A stretch of DNA of 64,000 nucleotides from the human T2T-CHM13v2.0 reference genome, Homo sapiens. The notes under the pieces were generated by a model. The model was not told where the DNA came from. It ran no database searches and saw nothing but the letters and a program-made list of their open reading frames with translations. Made by a program: the position numbers and the translations under genes. Positions 56,021 to 64,000 of this stretch are shown here, piece by piece. The number at the start of each line of letters is the position of its first letter. The first letter of the stretch is position 1. The stretch is taken from assembly GCF_009914755.1 (NCBI RefSeq), contig NC_060932.1. One strand, written 5' to 3'.

Positions 56021-56364
56021 CAGCCATGCACCACATAACAATGTTTCAGTCAACCGTAGACCGCATATGCGACTATGGTGGTCCCATAGGATTATAATGC
56101 TGTATTTTTATTTTACCCTTTCTATGTTTAAATAGATACCCAAATATTTAATATTGTAATACAATTGTTTGCATTATTCAGTACAGTAACCTGCTGTACA
56201 AGTTTGTAGCCTAGGAGCAATAGGCTATACCATAAAGCCTAGGTGTGTAGTGGGCTATACCATCTAGGTTTAGTCTAAGTACACTCTGATATTCGCGCAA
56301 TGACAAAACTGCCTAACAACACATCACTCAGAACATATCCCTGTTGTCAAGTGACACATGACTG
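56021..56364. mobile_element. Tigger3a/MER7-like MITE
   Basis: TA-CAGCCATGCACCACATAACAATGTTTC...GTGACACATGACTG-TA. Confidence 0.82.
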
Positions 56365-56414
56365 TATAATTTTGAAACATAAATGGTGATCATATTTGGC
56401 ACATCAGTCTACAC

Positions 56415-56582
56415 CTAGTTGTGTGCTGTAGCTGGCTCTCGGGCCCATAAGATGCAGTTCCACCTTCAGTGATATCACACTGGTTGCTTGAAAATGACCA
56501 TCGAAATAGGCAGATGCTGCAAATCAGGGCTTCCCTTGACCCAGAGAGCCAGTTGTTAAAACATTTACCAGCACACCACTGT
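56415..56582. mobile_element. MER63-like hAT element
   Basis: GAGAGCCAGTTGTTAAAACATTTACCAGCACACCACTG terminus. Confidence 0.65.
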
Positions 56583-56862
56583 CTGTATTTTCCTTTTTTC
56601 ATTTACATTATTATTGTTTGAATGACTGTATATTTGGTAATTTGGATGTACCATAATTTATTTAAACAATCCCCTATTGTTGACCTGTTATTTCTTTAGA
56701 ATGTTATTTCTCGAAATAGAATTGCTAGGTTATACCAATTTACCAACAGTGAGGGTGTTTCCCAATGCCCCACCCAGCACTTATTTTTATATTTAGAATC
56801 TTCATACGTATATTTTTTTAAATTCTGGGATTTTTTATTCTTAGAAGTTTTTAATGGTTCGA

Positions 56863-57158
<296 letters not shown>

Positions 57159-57976
57159 TTAATGGTTCGAAACCCAAAAGCTACGAAAGTATATGGGAAA
57201 AGTCTCCCTTCTATCACTGCCTGTGTTTCCCAGCTTCCCAGTGCCCCTCTCAAGGGTAACTTGGAATTTTATAAGGAATTCATATATCCTCTTTCAGTTA
57301 TGTTCACGCGTGTACAAACAAGTATATTCCTTTGCTCCCTCTTTTTTTACTCACTTGGTAGCTCCCATACACACTTCCCTACCTTGCTCTTGTCATTTAA
57401 TGATATATTTTGGAGATCAATACCAAAAGAGAAAAGTCTTCCTCAGTATCTTTTCATGCCCTCATGGTATTCCATTGAGTGGATAAATCATATTGCTTCT
57501 AATATTTTACAATTGGTATATGATATGTGTACAATACTTGAACATACATCATTTCACATATAAATATATCTGTAGCATACATTTTTAAAATAGTTGCTTA
57601 ATCAAAGGGTATAACTTTGATAGACATAGCCAAATTGTCTTTTATAGAGGTTTATGAATTTACCTCTCCATCACCAATATATGAGAGTATTCGTCCACAC
57701 ATTTGCTAATGCAATATACTGTCAGACTTTTGGATCTTACCTATTTGATAGGTTAAAAAATAGTACCAGCATATAATTTAACTATGAGTCTGAGCTCTAG
57801 GTGTGTCTTTTGTTTTCTGTAAATTGTTGATATATTTCGCCTATTTTTCTTCGGGTCATGGGCTTTTTTAGTTGTAGGAGTTTATTATTCATTAACGAAA
57901 TTAGCCCTTTTATCTGCCATATAATTTGCAACAATTTTATATCAGCTTTTTTATTGTCTTTTGGCTGTTGTTATGA

Positions 57977-58436
<460 letters not shown>

Positions 58437-58474
58437 TAATTTTTTTCTTACATTTGAATTTTTGTTTTTTTGTT

Positions 58475-58634
58475 TTTATTTAATTATTTATTTACTTTGA
58501 GATGAGGTCTTGCTGTGTTGCTCAGGCTGGAGTGCAGTGGCGCGATGCAGCCTCTGCCTCCTGGGCTCAAGCGAACCACCTGCCTCAGCCTCCCTAAGTG
58601 CTGGGACTACAGGCCTGAGCCACTGCGCCTGGCC
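58475..58634 (-). mobile_element. Monomer-length Alu (FRAM/FLAM-like or deleted Alu)
   Basis: Short antisense Alu-like sequence. Confidence 0.75.
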
Positions 58635-59121
58635 TGAATTTTTGATCTTTTAGAAATTCATCTAGGTATGAAATACGGTATGGCTTCAGCTCTATTTTTT
58701 TCTAGAAGCCTGTCCAGAATCCATTTATTGAATAAACGTATTTTTTCTGAATGATTTGAAATGTTACTTACTTAAATACTGCTTATATTAAACACTGTGT
58801 TCTATAATTACACAGTTTTAATTATTATAGCTTAATGATGTATTTCTCTTCTCTTTCAGGACTTTCCTGTTTGTTCTTGATTGTTTTTCCATGTAAACTT
58901 TAAAATCAACTTGTCTAATTCTCATATAACTCTTGGTATTTTTTTTGGAATTTGGGGATTGTGTCAAATTTAATAACTAAATCAAGGAGAATCTGCATTC
59001 TTATGATAAATTATTTCTAACTAAGAACATGTTTGAAGTGGGGTGTGTTTTAAAACATCTTCAAACAGATCATTTCTCTTATTAAATTTATTCTTAGGTG
59101 TTTTGTCTCTTTTGTTATAGT

Positions 59122-59520
59122 TTGTATTAGTATGCTAGGGCTACCATAATGAGAGACCACAGACTGGGTAGCTTAAACAACAGAAACTAATTTTCTCACA
59201 GCTCTAGAAGCTGGAAGTCCAGGATGAAGGTGCTGGCAGGTTTGGTTTCCTCTCAAGTCTCTCTCCTTGGCTTGTAGATGGAAGCCTGCTTGCTGTGTTC
59301 TCACATGGCCTTTCTGTGTGTGTACACATGCCTGGTGTCTTTATGTCCAAATTTCCTCCTCTTATAAGGATACCAGCCAGATTGGGTTGGGATCTACCCA
59401 CATAACCTTAATTACCTCTTTGAAGGCCCCACCTCCAAATACAGTCACATTCTGAGGTACTGGGAGTTAGGGCTTCAACATATGAATTTGGATAGAGGAG
59501 ACAGTTTAGCCCATAACAAT
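59122..59520. mobile_element. MLT1A/B-type MaLR LTR
   Basis: TGTATTAG..CACAGACTGGGTAGCTTAAACAACAG..GGGCTTCAACATATGAATTTG..CCCATAACA. Confidence 0.82.
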
Positions 59521-60647
59521 GGTAAATGAAGAATTTTCTTTCTTATATCTACTAATTGATATTTATATACATGAAAGTTATTTGTGTATTTAATTTCATA
59601 CCTAGCCACCCAGCTTATAATTTATAATAGTTTTTACTTTATTCTCTTAGTTTTTCCAGGTATAAAATTATATTATTTATAAATAATGATCACATTGCCT
59701 CCTCCTTTCTAGTTTTTATAAGCTTTATTTCTTTTATCTAATTGCAGTCTAGAGCTGTTGAAATGGTTAAACTAAGAGTGGTGGCAGTAGATACTTTTCT
59801 TGTATTCCATATTTTAATGAAAATATTTCTAGTGGCTTTTGGTGTTTCCATTAAGCATGATGTTTGCTTTTGGATTGAGATATAGATACATAGTGTCTTT
59901 AAGTACTTCATCATCTATCTGTATTTTATTACAGCTTTTAAAAATCAAGAATGAATACTTCTATCAAATGCCTTTGTGGCATTTATGAAGATGATCATAT
60001 GTTTTCCCTTTGATCTAATAATATGTTGAATTTATAAATAAATTTACTAATATTGAACCATCTTTGCATTCCCCTGTTTGGTCCTGGCCTATTCTTTTAA
60101 TTTGCTGTTGAATTCTGTTTGCATACAGATTCCTAAATGAGACATAAATAAATAAGTTTCTTTATGGAGGCTTTGTTAAGTACAATTTTATGCTTGCTTT
60201 ATATAAATAATTTTAATCGTTTTCTTTGTCTGTGTTTTCAGACAATTTGAAATTATGTGTTCTTTAATGGTTTATTAGAATTTTCCTATGAAACTTTTGG
60301 GTCTAGTGCTTTCTGAGGAGGTGGCTGTTTGACAACTTTATTTCTTCTATAATATATCTGTTTAAATTTTTTTATTTCCTCTGGAGTCAATTATGTTAAA
60401 TTACATTTTCCTATCATTTGTTTCCATTGGTTTTCAAGTCTATTTGCATGGAATTGAGTAAAGTAATCTTTTTAAGATTCTTTAATTTTTCTCTATTTGC
60501 ATTCTGTGTCTGTGTGTTTGCTGTTTTCTTCCCTTTGTTGTTTTGATTAGACTGGAGTCTGGCCTATCCTTTTTCAATAACCAACTTTGGGTTATTAGTT
60601 CTGCTGTTTTTTTTTTTTGTCTTACAAATACTTTATTTCTTCTTTTA

Positions 60648-60958
60648 TCTTTTTTTTTTTTTTTTTTTTTTTTGGAGACATTGAGTCTCATTCTGTTGCC
60701 CAAGCTGGAGTGCAGTAGCACAATCTTGACTCACTACAACCTCCACCTCCCTGGTTCAAGCGATTCTCCTATCTCAGCCTCCTGAGTACCTGGGACTACA
60801 GGTGCCTGCCACCATGCCCAGCTAATTTTTGTATTTTTGGTAGAGATGGGGTTTTGCCATCTTGGCCAGGCTGGTCTTGAACCCCTGACCTCAGATGATC
60901 TGCCTGCCTCGGCTTCCCAAAGTGCTGGGATTACATGCATGAACCACCACGCCTGGCC
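60648..60958 (-). mobile_element. Alu (AluS)
   Basis: Antisense Alu with long poly-T. Confidence 0.92.
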
Positions 60959-61248
60959 TATTCTTCATTTTCTTTTCCTTAGGTTTGCTTTATTGATTGA
61001 TAATACAGTTGATATTTCTAATTAGTCATTATTCTATTAATTTGATTTAAGGCTTTTTGTTCTATAGAAGTTTTAAATTTTTAGTAATCAAAACTATCAC
61101 TGTTTTCCTTCTATGGCATCTTATTTTCACATTACTCTTTTAAGAAGTTCATCTACATCACCACTGCCTCTCTCCCGCCATTGTACAAATGCTGTCCATT
61201 CTTCCCTATTTTAGAAGATGACTAATGTCAGCCAAATATCTATCATCT

Positions 61249-61274
61249 AGATAGATAGATAGATAGATAGATAT
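61249..61274. repeat. (GATA)n tetranucleotide repeat
   Basis: Direct reading. Confidence 0.85.
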
Positions 61275-61416
61275 GGCTCAATGTATAGAGTATAAATTTA
61301 TTGCCAAATTTTCAGGAGTATATTTTTTCCACATAAGAAAATTACTTATAAAACCTTATAAATGAAAACATCAAATTTGTAGAATTATTTTACTCTATTT
61401 TATTTAAAAGATTTTG

Positions 61417-61700
<284 letters not shown>

Positions 61701-61769
61701 ATTTCATAATGGCCTTTAATAGAAAGTTATTTTTATATATTTAAGATGCTTTTCTTTCTGTTCTTCCAG

Positions 61770-61918
61770 GTTACTCAAATGAGTCGTCCAGACTTGATTC
61801 TCTTTCTGATGAAATACCTGATGGCTCTCATAGTTGGCATTCCCTCTGTATTTTGGGTTGGAAGCAAAAAGACATGCTTTGAATGGGCCAGTTTTTTTCA
61901 TGGTCGTAGGAAAAAAGA
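61770..61918 (+). CDS. FZD3: Frizzled-3 coding exon (aa 469-518): TM7 and KTxxxW Dishevelled-binding motif
   Basis: TTCTTCCAG| acceptor; [49 protein letters not shown](E); donor GA|GTAAGT; 149 nt. Not in the ORF track but in frame with the previous exon. Confidence 0.96.
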
Positions 61919-62960
61919 GTAAGTTGAAATAAATGATCACAGTGTTCACAAACCTCACATTTACGTAAATTTTTTTGTGTTGCTTATGTTAAAATGACTT
62001 GGATTTGGAGAATTATTCAAACAAGACTAACATTTTCAGCAGTATCCAGTTATGATTGGCACAGTAGCATGTCTTAATTTAAAACTAAAAACTTATTTTG
62101 AGAAGATGGCCAAGTAGTCCAGAAGATGACCAGGCCTCCTGTACTAATTCAGAATACTTGAAGGAAGTCCAATCTTTGTGAAAAAAATTCAAATTGTAAT
62201 TTTCTTAAAAGCAAATTAATGCTTTTCTCTACATTCTTATCTGATCTTCCTGATATTCCTTTGAAGGTTGACATATATTCTCATCTCTCTTTTACAAATG
62301 AGAAAACCAAGATAGAGGTTAAGTGCTTGGCCAAAGTCACACAGGTATTTACTGATAAGAGCTAGATAAACTTCTGTCTCCAGTTGTCCATTGTTCTTCC
62401 AAGTGTACCAAAAGTGATATAAAGAAATACTCTTATTCCATTCTAATATAGTACGTTAAAGCCAAATAGAAAAATGATATTAGTAGATTAATTGAAATGT
62501 GTTAGAGGTTATTGTAATTCATAGTTGGCCATACTGCATATTACAGTGTGATATAAGGGCATATTTAAGGAATCTTTAAATTTTTGTACCTTAGTTTGTA
62601 AAACAAAAACAAAACAAGACCCTTCAGTTTTCACAGTGGAACAAATGATTTCAAACTCTACTCAGTTTTAAGTCTCATAGGTATCTCTGTCTGAATTATC
62701 ACAAACTCTAAGTTAGTGGATTCTATATTTCTTATGATTTTACTTAATCTAGGATCCATGGAAGAATGATTTTTTTGTGGGTAGTCTGTAAATATTTTAA
62801 AATTATATGTAGAATGCGCCTTGTATTGGTTAATGTCATTTTCTTATACAATTTGAAGTTACTTTAGTTTCAGCCTCACTAATAAAGTTTATATTTACTA
62901 AAATACCAGTAATTAACAATTTCTGTTATACAAATTATATTAACATCACAGTTTAATATA

Positions 62961-63277
62961 CAGTCAGCCTTTTGTATCTGGCGGTTCCATATCAGTGGAT
63001 TCAGCCAACAATGGATCAAAAATATTTGGGAAAAAAAAAATTTAAGAAAATTCCAAAAAGCAAAACTTGAATTTGCTGCATGCTGAGCACTACACTGAAT
63101 CTATGCAAATAAAGTGATGTATTAGGTACTGTAAGTAACCTAGAGATGATTTAAAGTATACAAGAGGTTGTATGCAAATACTACACCATTTTATATAAGG
63201 GACTTGAGCATCCTCGAATTTTGGCACCCACAGGGGGTCCTGAAACCACTCTCCTGAGGAAATTGAGGGATGATTGT
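62961..63277. mobile_element. MER2-like TcMar-Tigger element
   Basis: TA-CAGTCAGCC..GTGGATTCAGCCAAC..GGATCAAAAATATT...GAGGGATGATTG-TA. Confidence 0.8.
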
Positions 63278-64000
63278 ATACATTTCTTATTGTGATATCT
63301 GAGACTGCTACTAGTGATATCAGATAATGCATTTCTCCTTTAAATATAATTTTGTAGAGCAGAGAAGGAAAGAAGGGGATGAGTTCACTCAATAGCAACC
63401 AAAAAAAATTCGTCTTCTAGGCATTTATTCATTCTTTGAAAGACTTGTTGAATGCTTACTATGTGCCACCAACTACTTTTGGATACCAATGATTTGATAG
63501 CAAACAGAACAGGCCAAGACCCTGCTTTCTTAGAGTGTCCTCCCTTATGGGATTTACTGTGATTTATTTGTGTATTCTTTGGAAAACTGTATTGTAATCA
63601 CAGTAAAACACAATGCTGAGGAAAGGACTTGAATTAAACATTCCTGGATACCTCTGGGCCATATATAAATAATTCTGTGATAGAGTGGCATTAGAAATTC
63701 CAGATAGAGCTAAAACTGAAGTTTTCCTTATAGAGATTTATCCTAGTTAGTTTGCGGGGATACTGGTTGGGCCGAAATCCTTTTGAAACTGGTTAAAACT
63801 CTCAGGGGCCCTTCCATTTGGTTTTCTGCAGCTGTGGATTCCCAACCAACAGTCATTGTGATCTTCCAAGCCAGAATGTGCTCTGGGCTGGAGTGGCAGC
63901 CCCTTATTCTGGCGTTCAAGAGCGTGGGCACCCTTTGGCTATTTCTAGCATTTGTCTGGTTAGCCTTTGGGAAACGACTATAAGATAATAATAATGGGTA

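Overview
Primate (human-like) genomic DNA spanning the 5' part of the FZD3 (Frizzled-3) gene on the + strand. It contains a CpG-island promoter, two non-coding exons and four coding exons (codons 1-518: signal peptide, cysteine-rich Wnt-binding domain, seven TM helices, KTxxxW motif); the remaining 3' exons lie beyond the window. A small CCAAT/X-box promoter at the left edge probably belongs to the head-to-head neighbour FBXO16 (recalled synteny, not provable here). Introns are dominated by ordinary repeats (about 30 Alus, old L1M/L2/MIR, MaLR and ERV1 LTRs, DNA transposons), plus the annotated MIR4288 hairpin and a 3'-truncated 5S rRNA retrocopy. I see no wholly new gene system. The most interesting signals are regulatory or splicing-related: a candidate 33-nt poison micro-exon whose perfect donor was duplicated by an Alu target-site duplication, a uORF-dense 5'UTR with a possible bypass acceptor, an RFX/SOX motif cluster in intron 3, a stop-free exon4-5 circRNA geometry, a possible membrane-anchored CRD read-through isoform, and a perfect 22-bp-arm palindrome. 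Repeat boundaries and subfamilies were read by eye and are approximate.
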